This document shows positions 28,681-38,906 of a DNA stretch of 64,000 nucleotides, piece after piece; the stretch's first letter is position 1, and every line of letters begins with the position of its first letter. The position numbers and the translations under genes are program-made. This DNA comes from Candidatus Brocadiia bacterium (lineage in GTDB: Bacteria; Planctomycetota; Brocadiia; CAIUPP01), in contig JBEKCB010000010.1 in NCBI GenBank assembly GCA_050015075.1, positions 1-64,000 on the forward strand, read 5' to 3'. The notes under the pieces were generated by a model. The model saw only the letters and a list, made by a program, of their open reading frames with translations, was not told the origin of the DNA and did no database searches.

Positions 28681-31656
28681 TCAACCGGGGTCCTTCTTCC
28701 ACTTCTTCTTTATCTCCAGCAGCCTCTGCGTCATCGGACGCTCTTCGGCGGGAGGCTGGCCCGCCGCGGGCTTCGGCGCGGCCTCCTCAGCAGGGCGAGC
28801 CGCTTTTCTCCGTTCCGGGATGCCGATGCCGGCCGGCAAATGCCCGGGCAGGCGTTTCTCACCCGGCTCCTCGGGCGCGAACTTGATCTCCTGCTTTCGG
28901 CGAAGCAGCGCGCCCAAGGTCGTGCCCGACTCACCCTTTAGACGTCCGAACCTGAGCATTCCTTTGAGGACGTCCAGGTCGAGTTGCACGCGGCGGATGC
29001 CGACGTCCAGCGGAATCAGGCAAGCCAGAAGGATGAGAAACCAATCCATGACCGGCCGCGAGCTGCGTCGTAACTGGCGGTCTTTCAAGAAGATATCCTG
29101 ACTGGTCTCGCTTCCGGTGAGCATCCGGCCGCCGGTCCTTTGCGCGATCAGTTCCAGCGTGGGCGTGCTCGATCGGAAGCGGAGATATTCCGGAGAATAG
29201 GGCACGGCAAATCCGTCCGTGGCGCGCTCGTTCCGTCCGTCGCCCGCCGCCGCGGCTACGACCTGGTACCGTCCCATGCCCCAGAGCGGAAACTCCGCCT
29301 GATAGCGCCCGGGCGCAACCTGCTTCAGGAGGACGTTCTCGCTCCGCTGCTGCGGCCCCGTCACGCGCGCCTGGACCTCGAGGAAGGATTCCTTCGGGCT
29401 GAAGTCCTCGACGCTGACCACGCCGGAGTCGCCTTCCGCGAAAGTGCGCAGTTGCAAATCGCTTTTCTCCTCGACGCGCGAGATGTCAATCATCAACTGT
29501 TTCACGAAGGCGTCATAACGGTCCCATTCGACCCAGGCCGCGGCCCAGTTCACCGAAAGGTCTGAAGTGAACGCGGCGGCCCTTCCGACGCCATACCGCC
29601 AGGTGGCCAGAACCGGGTCGGTTTCCTCCGTCTCCGGACTTCGGAGGACGACTTCGGAACGCGGTTTGGGCGTCGTCAAGACGTAGCCGCGGAGCGGGGG
29701 CATCTCACCGATACCTTTCAGGATCGGCGACGGGAATTCCACGCGCGGCGTGAAGGTCTGGTTTTGGATCATACTGCGCCGCAGCGTCTTCGCTTCCTTG
29801 ATGAAGATGGAAGGCAGCAAGTTCGGGTCCTGCGGATAGTAATACCGGCCGCCAGTCACGCCGGCGATGGTTTTCATGACCGACACTTCCTCGCCCCCGT
29901 GCGGGAAGATGGCGACCGTCGAGACGCTGACCTTGTTGGCGACGAATTCCTTCATGAGGTCCGGCGGAGGCGGCGAGGGGTCTCCATCCGAGATGATGAT
30001 CATGTGCTTGGTGCCCGCGTCGCTCCCCATCAGCGCGCCCAGGCCCATTCGCATCGGGTCGGTGAACGTGGGCATGTCGCTGATCTCGGCCTGGTTGATG
30101 AGCGTCACCAGCCGCTCATATTCGCCGGCCGGCGTGAGGGGGAAAAGCCAGACCTCGCCCTGCGAGCCGTAAACCAGGACGCCGACTTCGTCCTTGGCGC
30201 CCAGGCAGCGGATCGCTTCCTTGGCGACGCGCTTTCCCCAAGTGTTCCCTTCCGGGAATTCGCATGTGTGCAGGACGATCACCAGCGCGCCCTTGGGGAG
30301 CACCTTTTTCTGAGTGATGTCCATGGTCACCGGCAGCGCCTCTTCCACCGGGGTGCGGTGGTATCCGCCCGGGCCGAAGCTGTTCTTTCCGCCGACCATG
30401 AGGAAGCCCACGCCTAGGTTGAAGACGGCGTCCTTCACCGCCTGAAGCTGGACTGCGTCGAAGGCATCCGCGGCAACGTTCGCGAAGATGATGCAGTCGT
30501 ACGGCAGGAGGGAAAGGGAATCTCTCGGGAACTGGTAGGCCGGCTGCTGAACGACCTCGCGACGACTCCGTTTCAGCGATTGGGCCAGGGTCTCCCAGTC
30601 GCGCGCGTCGCCGTTGGGGTCGGTCACCAGGAGCACCTTTCCCTCGCCCTTGAGGTAGAGGTGGTTGATGGCGATATTGTTCTGGGGCCAGCCGTCCATG
30701 CCCGGCGGGACCTCGATGCGCGCGACGTATTCATAGTATCCGGGCTCGCGGAGATAAATGGGGAGCACGTAGCGGTTCTTGCCCGCCGCGAACTGCACGT
30801 CCTGTTTGAAAATGAGGTTGTCATTCTCCTTCAGCGTGAGCACCCCTGAGCCGGGCGCCAGCGAGCTGAGGATGATCGCGGCCTCGTAAGTCTCGCCCGC
30901 CTTCACGGTCTTGGGCAGTTCCAGTTTCTCCAGCCACACCTCGTGCTCGAACTGGTACTGGATCGGCAGCACGTCCACCGGGACGTGGCGGGCGGAGAGT
31001 TGGTCGAGGGCTGCGGAGAGATTTCCCTCAGTCGGGACGCCGTCGCTGATGAGTACGATCCGTCCCGGGTGATCTTCGGGGAGCATGGCGGCGGTCAGCG
31101 ACAGTCCTTTCTCCAGGTTGGTGGCGTCTTTGCCGACGCGGGAGTTGATCGCCTCGAGAGGAAAAGTTGCGCGGGGCGGAAGCTCCACGGCGGCCTCGCG
31201 GCCGAAGACCACCAGGCCCGCCTCGTCCTTTTCCGGCTTGCCCGCCACCGTCCTGGTGACGAAATTCAGGGCCGAGTCGGATGCCTGATCGCCGATCGAG
31301 TCGGAGACGTCGAGGGCATAAATGACCGCAAGGACGTTGCTCGTCCTGACCGCGCGCGGCTCCGCAAGAAGCATGACAAACGCGCCGATGAGGCACAGGC
31401 GGACCAGCAGCGCGAGCGCGCCCCGCGCGCGCGTCAGCCCGCTCGAACCGGCCATGTGCATCCACCAGACCCACGGGGTCGTCAGCAGCAGCAGGAACGC
31501 CCAGGGTTTGGAGAACAGCAGGATGCCGTGCCACACCAGGAAGAGGTTTCCGCCGATGAACAGGAGCAGGAACGCTCCGAGCGGCGCCAATGCGCCCGCA
31601 GTCAGCGCCCTGCGCCGGGGCGGAAAAATGCTCCTTGCCACTGCCGCGATGTTCAC
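28681..31656 (-). CDS. Membrane protein with vWA domains and a class I glutamine-amidotransferase-like domain
   Basis: MIDAS DVSDS, LISDG, MVGGKNSFGPGGYHRTPVEEALPV, second IISDG, N- and C-terminal TM helices. Confidence 0.88.
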   Translation of the reverse strand: MNIAAVARSIFPPRRRALTAGALAPLGAFLLLFIGGNLFLVWHGILLFSKPWAFLLLLTTPWVWWMHMAGSSGLTRARGALALLVRLCLIGAFVMLLAEPRAVRTSNVLAVIYALDVSDSIGDQASDSALNFVTRTVAGKPEKDEAGLVVFGREAAVELPPRATFPLEAINSRVGKDATNLEKGLSLTAAMLPEDHPGRIVLISDGVPTEGNLSAALDQLSARHVPVDVLPIQYQFEHEVWLEKLELPKTVKAGETYEAAIILSSLAPGSGVLTLKENDNLIFKQDVQFAAGKNRYVLPIYLREPGYYEYVARIEVPPGMDGWPQNNIAINHLYLKGEGKVLLVTDPNGDARDWETLAQSLKRSRREVVQQPAYQFPRDSLSLLPYDCIIFANVAADAFDAVQLQAVKDAVFNLGVGFLMVGGKNSFGPGGYHRTPVEEALPVTMDITQKKVLPKGALVIVLHTCEFPEGNTWGKRVAKEAIRCLGAKDEVGVLVYGSQGEVWLFPLTPAGEYERLVTLINQAEISDMPTFTDPMRMGLGALMGSDAGTKHMIIISDGDPSPPPPDLMKEFVANKVSVSTVAIFPHGGEEVSVMKTIAGVTGGRYYYPQDPNLLPSIFIKEAKTLRRSMIQNQTFTPRVEFPSPILKGIGEMPPLRGYVLTTPKPRSEVVLRSPETEETDPVLATWRYGVGRAAAFTSDLSVNWAAAWVEWDRYDAFVKQLMIDISRVEEKSDLQLRTFAEGDSGVVSVEDFSPKESFLEVQARVTGPQQRSENVLLKQVAPGRYQAEFPLWGMGRYQVVAAAAGDGRNERATDGFAVPYSPEYLRFRSSTPTLELIAQRTGGRMLTGSETSQDIFLKDRQLRRSSRPVMDWFLILLACLIPLDVGIRRVQLDLDVLKGMLRFGRLKGESGTTLGALLRRKQEIKFAPEEPGEKRLPGHLPAGIGIPERRKAARPAEEAAPKPAAGQPPAEERPMTQRLLEIKKKWKKDPG

Positions 31657-33479
31657 GGGATCAGTTCCACTATCCGACGATTTCCGGTGTCCGCCACGCG
31701 GATGCGCCCTCTCGAGTCAACCGAGATCCCCCACGGCGTCGCAAATTCTCCGGTCCCGCCGCCCGTTCGACCGTATCGCCCGAGCAACTCCCCGTCCAAG
31801 CTCACTCGGGAGACCCGTCCAGCCGCATATTCGACGACGTACAGCGAATCATCCGGCCCCAACTGCAACGCGTAGGGAAGACCGAGCGACAGGGGCTTTT
31901 CCGGCGATCCCAGGACGCCGATGAACCGCCCGCTGTCCGAGAATACCTGAATGCGGTTGTTGATGGCATCCGCGACATATAATTTCCCGGCGCGCCATAC
32001 CATCCCGGACGGCCGCTGGAATTGCCCGGGGGCCGTGCCGAATGTGCCAAAGGCGAGGAGGAAGTCGTCGCCTTTCGAGAATTTCTGAATCCGGTCATTC
32101 GAGCCGTATTCGCAGACGTACCAGTTCTCCTGATCGTCCTGGACTATCGTCACGGGATAAACGAACTCGCCCGGACCGCGTCCCTCGCGCCCGAGCATCT
32201 TCAGGACGCGGCCGTGCTCGTCGAAGAAAACGATCCGGTGATAATGCGTGTCCGCTACCGCGATCCTCCCGTCCTTAAACACGCAGGAGCCTTCCGGATT
32301 GCCGGCGGTAGTCTCGGGCATCTTCCATTGCCGAAGCAGCGTCCCCGCGTCGTCGTAAACCAGAACTCGCGCCGCCGTATCCAGCACCAGAAGCTCGCCG
32401 TTCGGTCCTATACTCATCGCGCGCGGGGCGGGAATCCTCGTTTTCTCCGGGACCATGGGCCACGTGTGCACCTGCGACACGGAAAGCACAGGCTCGCTCG
32501 GGCGCGAGCAGGCCGCCAACACGAGCAGCACCAGGCTCAGGAGGAGTTTCAGCACAACGCGGTCGCCCGGCCGCAGGCCGTCCGAAGAAGGCCGGTGCCA
32601 GAACCGCCGGACGGAGTCATCCCGCTCGTGCTTCAGGACCACTTCCGCAAGCGCGCCCTTGAAACTGGAGGACTGGACAATCGCCGGACCGTCGGCGGCC
32701 GGCTCGACGGCGATCTGTTCAGGCCGGTAGCACCGCGGCTTGGCCTCTTCGCGCTGCAGCCACAGCCGCGACTCCTTCGGCAGCATCCAGTTTGCTTCGC
32801 CGAGGCATTCGGCGGCCTCCGGGTTGGGCGGACGCCGATAGAGTCCGTCCACTTCGCCGGCGTAGAGCACTCGCCCCTCTTTCAAGCAGATCACGCGTTG
32901 CGCCTCGCCGATCACCATGCGCGGGGAATGGGTGCTGTACACGAGAGACGCGCCGCTCGCGGCCGCCCGCTCCCGGATGACGCGCCAGAACCGGTCCGCT
33001 CGCGCTACGTCCACGCTCGCCAGCGGCTCGTCAATCACCAGCACCGCCGCGTTCGCCAGCAGCGCCCGCGCCGCCGAGACTCTCGACCGCTCTCCTCCGG
33101 AAAGCTCATCCGGGTAGGACGCCGCCTTGTCCTCCATGTCGAACGAGGCCAGCATCTCCGCCACGGCGCTTTCGCCTGCCCCTTTGGGCAGGACGGTCTC
33201 CAGGTGTCGGCGCACGGTCAAGTGCGGCCACAGCCCGCCGTTTTGCGGCACCCAGAAGAGCGGGAGAGAATGGCCCTGCGTCCGCAGCGTGGCGGAAATC
33301 TCGCCCCCGTCGGGCGCCTCGAAGCCGACCAGGAGGTTGAGGAGCGAGGTCTTGCCCGCGCCCGAACAGCCGAGCACCGCGGTGACGCCTTGCCGAATCT
33401 CCAGGGTGATGTCCTGGAGCCGCGCGAGTGAGTTTCCGCCGAGCCGGATGCCGCTCAATCTCCAAAGGGGTTCACCCAT
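31653..33479 (-). CDS. ABC importer ATPase fused to a hydrophobic/lipobox segment and an NHL-repeat beta-propeller
   Basis: GCSGAGKTS, LSGGE, VIDEP, STH; then LKLLLSLVLLVLAAC; then repeats such as G.GPGEF.YP and VADT.N.RI. Confidence 0.88.
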   Translation of the reverse strand: MGEPLWRLSGIRLGGNSLARLQDITLEIRQGVTAVLGCSGAGKTSLLNLLVGFEAPDGGEISATLRTQGHSLPLFWVPQNGGLWPHLTVRRHLETVLPKGAGESAVAEMLASFDMEDKAASYPDELSGGERSRVSAARALLANAAVLVIDEPLASVDVARADRFWRVIRERAAASGASLVYSTHSPRMVIGEAQRVICLKEGRVLYAGEVDGLYRRPPNPEAAECLGEANWMLPKESRLWLQREEAKPRCYRPEQIAVEPAADGPAIVQSSSFKGALAEVVLKHERDDSVRRFWHRPSSDGLRPGDRVVLKLLLSLVLLVLAACSRPSEPVLSVSQVHTWPMVPEKTRIPAPRAMSIGPNGELLVLDTAARVLVYDDAGTLLRQWKMPETTAGNPEGSCVFKDGRIAVADTHYHRIVFFDEHGRVLKMLGREGRGPGEFVYPVTIVQDDQENWYVCEYGSNDRIQKFSKGDDFLLAFGTFGTAPGQFQRPSGMVWRAGKLYVADAINNRIQVFSDSGRFIGVLGSPEKPLSLGLPYALQLGPDDSLYVVEYAAGRVSRVSLDGELLGRYGRTGGGTGEFATPWGISVDSRGRIRVADTGNRRIVELIP

Positions 33480-34884
33480 TGAACTCTGCCCGCAGGAGCA
33501 ACGCCCTGAACCCGGCCGCCGCTCCCAGAAGGATCAGCGGCACACACAGCGCCGCGCAGACCATGGCGGAGAGCACAGCCATCTGGCCGTAATGCATCAG
33601 GTTATAGAGCCGGACGAACACCGGAGTCAGCCGCGTCGGCGCCAGGAGGGAGGAAGCAGTCAGGTCAAAGTAGCCCCAGGAGAACAGGAGGAACAAAACC
33701 CAGAACCGACCGCGGGTCTGGATGAATCGGGAAATCGCCTGGCCGCGACCTCGCACGGAAGCCGAGGTTGATTCCCCAAGAAGCCGCGCCGCGTGAAGCG
33801 CCTCGACGGGCCGATGGATCGTCAGCAGCATCCTCAGCAGCAGCGCAAACGGCAGGAACAGGAGCGTCAGCGCGAGCAACAGCGGAAGGGGAGTGTCGTA
33901 GGCGGCGCGCAAACCAGGGAGTTGAAAAACCGCGAGGATGAGGAGCCCCAATACCAGCGGACCCAGCAGCCCGGGAAAACAAGCCACGAAAGCCCATCCC
34001 ATTCGCTTCCTGCCGTACGACCACGTGCTTGCCACGAGGTAAGCGCACGCCGCGCCGGCAACGGCAAAAATCAGACTCGCCACAATGTCCTTTCCCAGCA
34101 CAAAGTCCTGGAACAGCACGCTGATACCCTGGACCGTGCCGCGCAGGACAATCGTCAACGGCGCCACGGTAACGACGCCGAAATCAACAGCCAGGAAGCC
34201 CCACGCCGACCGGCCGCTCTGCGGCAGATCACGGCTTCTCTCACGGGAAAGCCGATGCGCCGGAGGCCGGATTCCAACGAGGACCGCCATCCCCGCGAGC
34301 AGGATTGCCGCTTCCACGACGGCCGGGAGAAAAACCAGTCGCAGCGACTGCGTCAGTTGCAGCCCGCCGGCATGCGCGTCAAACAAGACCACCGTCCAGG
34401 TCTTGATCCCCACCAGCGACGCGATCTCGAATTCGGTGAAGGCGGAAAGGAAAACGAGCGCAAACGCCGCTCCGCTCGGCCGCGCGGACCCGCGGACGCG
34501 AAAGAGGAAGTCTCGGATTCGCCGCGCGGGGCTGCGAGTCGTCAGAAGGCGATGGCAATGGATCGCCTCGGATGAGAGCGCCGACGGGGCAAAGTACAGC
34601 ACCAGCGCCGCGAGGGGAGCGAGCTTCAGCCAAAGGAGCGCGCCGTAGAACACTTGGTTCCATGCCGGGTGATGCAGCAGCGAGAGCGCGAAGCTGCCGT
34701 ACGCATAACCGACGACGGGCGCCGGAGTCAGGTACGGCGTCAGGAGAAGAAACCACGCGGCGGCCCGTTCTCGCCTGGATGCCGTGACGATGAGATCGCG
34801 GACTAAATGTCCGACGATCAACGCGGCGACAGCGACCGCGAATGCTCGAATCAGAGCCCAGCCGCATTCCGAGGCCAGGCTCAT
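33472..34884 (-). CDS. ABC importer permease (Fe3+/FbpB-like)
   Basis: Multi-TM; EALHAARLLG EAA-like loop; lies between the binding protein and the ATPase. Confidence 0.8.
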   Translation of the reverse strand: MSLASECGWALIRAFAVAVAALIVGHLVRDLIVTASRRERAAAWFLLLTPYLTPAPVVGYAYGSFALSLLHHPAWNQVFYGALLWLKLAPLAALVLYFAPSALSSEAIHCHRLLTTRSPARRIRDFLFRVRGSARPSGAAFALVFLSAFTEFEIASLVGIKTWTVVLFDAHAGGLQLTQSLRLVFLPAVVEAAILLAGMAVLVGIRPPAHRLSRERSRDLPQSGRSAWGFLAVDFGVVTVAPLTIVLRGTVQGISVLFQDFVLGKDIVASLIFAVAGAACAYLVASTWSYGRKRMGWAFVACFPGLLGPLVLGLLILAVFQLPGLRAAYDTPLPLLLALTLLFLPFALLLRMLLTIHRPVEALHAARLLGESTSASVRGRGQAISRFIQTRGRFWVLFLLFSWGYFDLTASSLLAPTRLTPVFVRLYNLMHYGQMAVLSAMVCAALCVPLILLGAAAGFRALLLRAEFNG

Positions 34885-35939
34885 TGGACGTACTCGGCTT
34901 TCAACCACGCCAGGCAGGCTTCCGGAGCGCTCCCGAGGGCCGACAATGGATATCCCTCCGCCGCCCAGGCCTTCATTCGGACCACCTCCTCGGGCAAGTC
35001 CGCCTCGTTCACCGGGCCGAGAGGAATCTGCCGGGATTTCGCTCTCGCGAGTGCGACCTCGGTCTCCTGGGAGAGCAGGTAGTCCGCGAGCTGACTCGCT
35101 TCCGCCGGCCGCCGGGTCCCCTCGATAATCGAAACCGTGTTGGGAATGCAGATCGTCCGGCCGTCCTCAAGCCGGATCGGCAGCATCGCCACCGGCTTCC
35201 CGTCGTCTTTGGCCACGAAGAAATCATCGGAGTCGGTATAGCCCAGGTCGCACGTCCCTTCGGCCACCGCGCTCCTGACTTGCGCGTTCCCGGCTACCTC
35301 GCGTATTCCCCTCGCGCGGCAATCCCCGTGCCAGCTCTTCAGCTTCTGCTCTCCCCACAGGTTCCACAGAATGCAGTACTGCGTGAAGGTGGTTCCGTAG
35401 AGCGGTTTGGCGATCGCCACTCGGTCCAGCGGGCCGGCCAGGAAGCCATCCACCGTTTCCTGACTCGCGCGCAAGCGATTCGTGTTGACGATCCAGACGC
35501 GCAGGCGCGCGGCGAAACCGACCCAATGACCGTCCGGGTCTTTGAAGGAGGCCGGAATCCGGTCAAATCCCGGTCCCTTGTAAGGGTGCAGGACGCCGCT
35601 CTTCTGGAGGCGCATCGTGCCGAGGACTTCGTTGTTCCAGAACACGTCGCATCGCGGCGCGGCCTTCTCCTCCAGGATCATCTCGACGAGACCGAGGGAC
35701 TTCGTGGCCTCGGTGTCGTAGCGCACAGCCACGGGGATACCGGTGCGCGCTTCGAAGGCCCGGAGGATCCCATCGGCATAGATCGAATCGTGCGCGCAAT
35801 ACACGACCAGCGGGGCGGGACCGCGGGAGATGAACAGACGATACGAGGCGACCACGACCACGACCAGAACCGCGACGGCGCCCACACGCAGGAGCAGCGC
35901 CCGGTGTTTATCGGCCAGAGGGCTTGGCAACGTCCTCAC
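34881..35939 (-). CDS. Extracellular solute-binding protein (Fe3+-type)
   Basis: VVYCAHD, FEARTGI, CDVFWNNE, AIAKPLYGTT, YTDSDD, IPNTV; N-terminal TM anchor. Confidence 0.88.
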   Translation of the reverse strand: MRTLPSPLADKHRALLLRVGAVAVLVVVVVASYRLFISRGPAPLVVYCAHDSIYADGILRAFEARTGIPVAVRYDTEATKSLGLVEMILEEKAAPRCDVFWNNEVLGTMRLQKSGVLHPYKGPGFDRIPASFKDPDGHWVGFAARLRVWIVNTNRLRASQETVDGFLAGPLDRVAIAKPLYGTTFTQYCILWNLWGEQKLKSWHGDCRARGIREVAGNAQVRSAVAEGTCDLGYTDSDDFFVAKDDGKPVAMLPIRLEDGRTICIPNTVSIIEGTRRPAEASQLADYLLSQETEVALARAKSRQIPLGPVNEADLPEEVVRMKAWAAEGYPLSALGSAPEACLAWLKAEYVQ

Positions 35940-37539
35940 CTACCGTTTCAAAATACTTGCGGATGGCCTCGTGGTAGCCCGGCGGGACCTGTTCCTGCAG
36001 AATGGCTTCGCTGACTCCCTGCTTGACCTCGGAGACTTTCTCTTTGTAGTTCTCTTCGGTGGAGCCAACGTCGGACATTCCCTGGGTCTTCCATTGCAGG
36101 AGGATCTTGCCGGCGGTGAGGGCGGAGCGGGATTGTTCGCTCTTGAAATCGCTCTTGACCGAGTCGTCTTCCGGGCGAGCGCTCGCGGCAAGACCCTCGC
36201 CCTCCGTGCCCATGCCGACCTCCTGCGCTCTCTCCAGAAGCTCGGCGTAGAGCGCGGCGTAGTCTTCCATCCCCTGAAGCGCCTTCCCGGCCTCGCCATC
36301 GAGTTCCCCGGCGTCGTTCAAGCGCTTTGCGAGCTGGAGAGCCCGCAGCGCTTCCTCCAGGGCCTTGAGATCGCGGATGTTCTGCGCAAGACTTGCGACT
36401 TCCAATTCCGTGAGCTTCAGCGACTCCTGGAGCCCCTTCAGCGCGTCGGCCGACAGCCCCGCCGCCCCGGCCTCCGCGAGCTGGTCCAGCGCGCGATTGA
36501 GCGCGGCATTGGCCGGCAGCGAGTTGAGGTCCCTGGCCATGAAGTCCGCCAACGCCGTCATCCGCTCCTTCATTTGCTCCCGGAGCTTGTCCGCGTCATC
36601 GTTCTGCGGCATCTCCGCCAGCTTCTGGGCCAGGTCCTTCAGTTCCTCGAGTTCCTTATTGAGCTTGCGAGCGTCGCCGCGTTCCAACTGCTCCTTCCAC
36701 TCGGCCAGCTTCGGCGGGCCCCCTCCGAACTGCTGGGCGGGCGGCGTCCGATCGAACGCCTCCTTCAGCTTGCGCTCGCCGGCCTGCCGCCAAAGATCGG
36801 TCAGGTTCTTCTGCTCCAGGTTCAAGACCGCGAGGTTCGCCTGCTTGTCCGGCGGCTTCATGGCGTTGAAGGCCGTTTTCAGTTCCGCCAACTGCTGTCC
36901 CACCTCCTTGGAGAGTTCGGCATCCAGCGGCTGCCTCTTCAGCAGGGCGGAGCGGAGTGCGACCTCCTTGCGGCTTTCCTCGAGTTGCTTCTGGCGGTTG
37001 AGGACGCGCTGCCGAGCCTGTTCCCTGCCGAACGGATCTAGTTGCGGGAGGAACAGGACGCCGGCCGTCAGTGCGGCCATCGCGAGCGCCAGGTTTCGGA
37101 ATCCCCGTTTCCACCGAAGCGGGGCGACCTCGGCCGCCCGGATCGAGCCGGCGCGTTCCTCTGCTTCCCGGAGCACCAGCGGCTTGAACTCGCCCAAGGC
37201 CGGCTCGATGAGCAGCGCCGTGAGAAACAGGTCCTTTGTCCCCATGCGCGCGTCCACAAGCCGGGCCGCTTCAGCCGCGGAGGGCCGCCGGGAAAAGATC
37301 AGCGCCAGGACCGGCGCCAGGACCAGCGGCGCAAGCAAAGTGACGGGGGTAAACCGGTTCGGAAGGATCGCCAGTAGTCGGGCGCAGCACAGGAGCACGG
37401 CATACAGCGCGGCGAGAATGAGAAGGAAAAAATGCAGTCGGCGCGCGATCTCCGCCAGCCTTTGCCGGGCGCTTACCCGCCGCAGCAACTGTTCGCTCGC
37501 CCGGCCGGCTTTGGACGGTTTTGCCATCTCGATGGCCAT
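35908..37539 (-). CDS. Membrane-anchored coiled-coil protein
   Basis: Three N-terminal TM helices, AARLVD motif, long heptad region, C-terminal EQVPPGYHEAIRKYF seen in MoxR/vWA-cluster proteins. Confidence 0.8.
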   Translation of the reverse strand: MAIEMAKPSKAGRASEQLLRRVSARQRLAEIARRLHFFLLILAALYAVLLCCARLLAILPNRFTPVTLLAPLVLAPVLALIFSRRPSAAEAARLVDARMGTKDLFLTALLIEPALGEFKPLVLREAEERAGSIRAAEVAPLRWKRGFRNLALAMAALTAGVLFLPQLDPFGREQARQRVLNRQKQLEESRKEVALRSALLKRQPLDAELSKEVGQQLAELKTAFNAMKPPDKQANLAVLNLEQKNLTDLWRQAGERKLKEAFDRTPPAQQFGGGPPKLAEWKEQLERGDARKLNKELEELKDLAQKLAEMPQNDDADKLREQMKERMTALADFMARDLNSLPANAALNRALDQLAEAGAAGLSADALKGLQESLKLTELEVASLAQNIRDLKALEEALRALQLAKRLNDAGELDGEAGKALQGMEDYAALYAELLERAQEVGMGTEGEGLAASARPEDDSVKSDFKSEQSRSALTAGKILLQWKTQGMSDVGSTEENYKEKVSEVKQGVSEAILQEQVPPGYHEAIRKYFETVGEDVAKPSGR

Positions 37540-37639
37540 CGGATGCCGCTCCCCTCTGTTGCGCTGGAGACTCCTGACGCCTCAGCAAATGGCCTGGCCG
37601 CGCTATCCTACTGCTTCCGCGTGTCGCTGTAAAGCGCCC

Positions 37640-38392
37640 CTATTCGGACGCCGGCTTGGCGGTCGCGCCGGCCTGGGCGGGCTCGGCGACGAAGTCATCG
37701 AACGATGACGCGGCGTCCGCCTTCGACCAGAATCCGACGCCGCCGGCGCCCGTGAAAGTCTTGTCCGTCACCTCGAGCAGCTTCTTGCCATCGAGCCAAC
37801 CTTCCATCTTCTCCCCATGGACCACGATCTTCATCGTGAACCACTCGCCGGTCTTGATGGGCAAGTCGTCGGCGCCGGCCAACTGAACCCGCTTGCCGTT
37901 CTTGACATAATAGAGACGGAAATTGGTCTCCAGCGGGTTGTATCGGGCGACGTAATAGTTCATAGCGTCGGCCGCCCGCCAGATCAGCCCGCCGCCTTGG
38001 TCCTTCTTGCCGGTGTTGGCTCGGATCTTCACTTCCAGCGTGCCGTCCTTCAACTGGACCGCCTGGGTCCAGCACAGGTTGAAATGCCCGCTGGAGCTGT
38101 CCGGGATTTTCGTGATCGAAAGGACGTTGGGCTTGCCGGGAGCATGGTCGTCGGCGACCACCTGCCACTCAGCCGGCTCGCCTTTGGGATTGGTCGCGTC
38201 AACCTTCCAGCCCCTGGGCAACTCGCCCGGCTTCACGTCGTCGAAGGACAGTCTGCACGCTTCACCTGCGCGTTCACTTGCCGAGGCGTTCACCCCGGGA
38301 GCCGACGCGGCGGGCTGGGATGCGTCCATCACTGCCGGCAAGCCCAGCAGACCCGCGGCAACCGCAGTCAACAGCAACCGCGTGAGCCTCAT
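37640..38392 (-). CDS. Secreted DUF1080 (3-keto-disaccharide hydrolase-like) jelly-roll protein
   Basis: Signal peptide; DQGGGLIWR, NYYVARYNPLE, GGVGFWSKADA. Confidence 0.8.
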   Translation of the reverse strand: MRLTRLLLTAVAAGLLGLPAVMDASQPAASAPGVNASASERAGEACRLSFDDVKPGELPRGWKVDATNPKGEPAEWQVVADDHAPGKPNVLSITKIPDSSSGHFNLCWTQAVQLKDGTLEVKIRANTGKKDQGGGLIWRAADAMNYYVARYNPLETNFRLYYVKNGKRVQLAGADDLPIKTGEWFTMKIVVHGEKMEGWLDGKKLLEVTDKTFTGAGGVGFWSKADAASSFDDFVAEPAQAGATAKPASE

Positions 38393-38546
38393 GGAATCAT
38401 CCTTATTACGGGATCAACGGGATGGGCTCTTCATGGCCGCCGACGCCGTTGCCATGAAGAGAGATCCCATGTATCCGCTAAATGCTGCCAAACTGACATT
38501 TCCCATTTGACCGTCTTCCAAGGGACAGTCGGCTTTCAAACATGAG

Positions 38547-38574
38547 ATTGTACTCTCGAAGTGTCCGCAGTCAA
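38547..38574 (-). promoter_or_regulatory. Putative sigma70 promoter heading the long minus-strand gene run
   Basis: TTGACT-N16-TACAAT about 155 bp upstream of the 38392 start. Confidence 0.55.
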
Positions 38575-38906
38575 GCAGTTTCTCGGCGGTCAGTCGGCCT
38601 TGAATATCTCCACACGGCCCCGACCACGGCGGACATCGACCTACTGAAGGCACAGCCTCTCCTATCGTCTATTTGACGTGCTCAACCCACGATTTCTTTG
38701 GCAAAAAGACGATTTCCTATAACATGAACGTTCGCAGTGCGTTACAACCTGTCCGGAAGCACGTCTGCGGCGACAGAAGTTTTGTGGCTTACCCCCCAAT
38801 ATGCCCTTTGACCGCCTGCGGCAAGCGACGGCCGTTAACTTCAAGCCGGGTATGGGTGACCCTGAACTCGGTGCTCCATATCAGCCTGCAATTTCAGACG
38901 ATGGTT

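Noticed and set aside
38393-38906. ncRNA or mobile-element remnant in the lower-GC gap
   Set aside because: No recognisable tRNA, riboswitch, terminal repeat or transposase fragment; only a promoter candidate is supportable.
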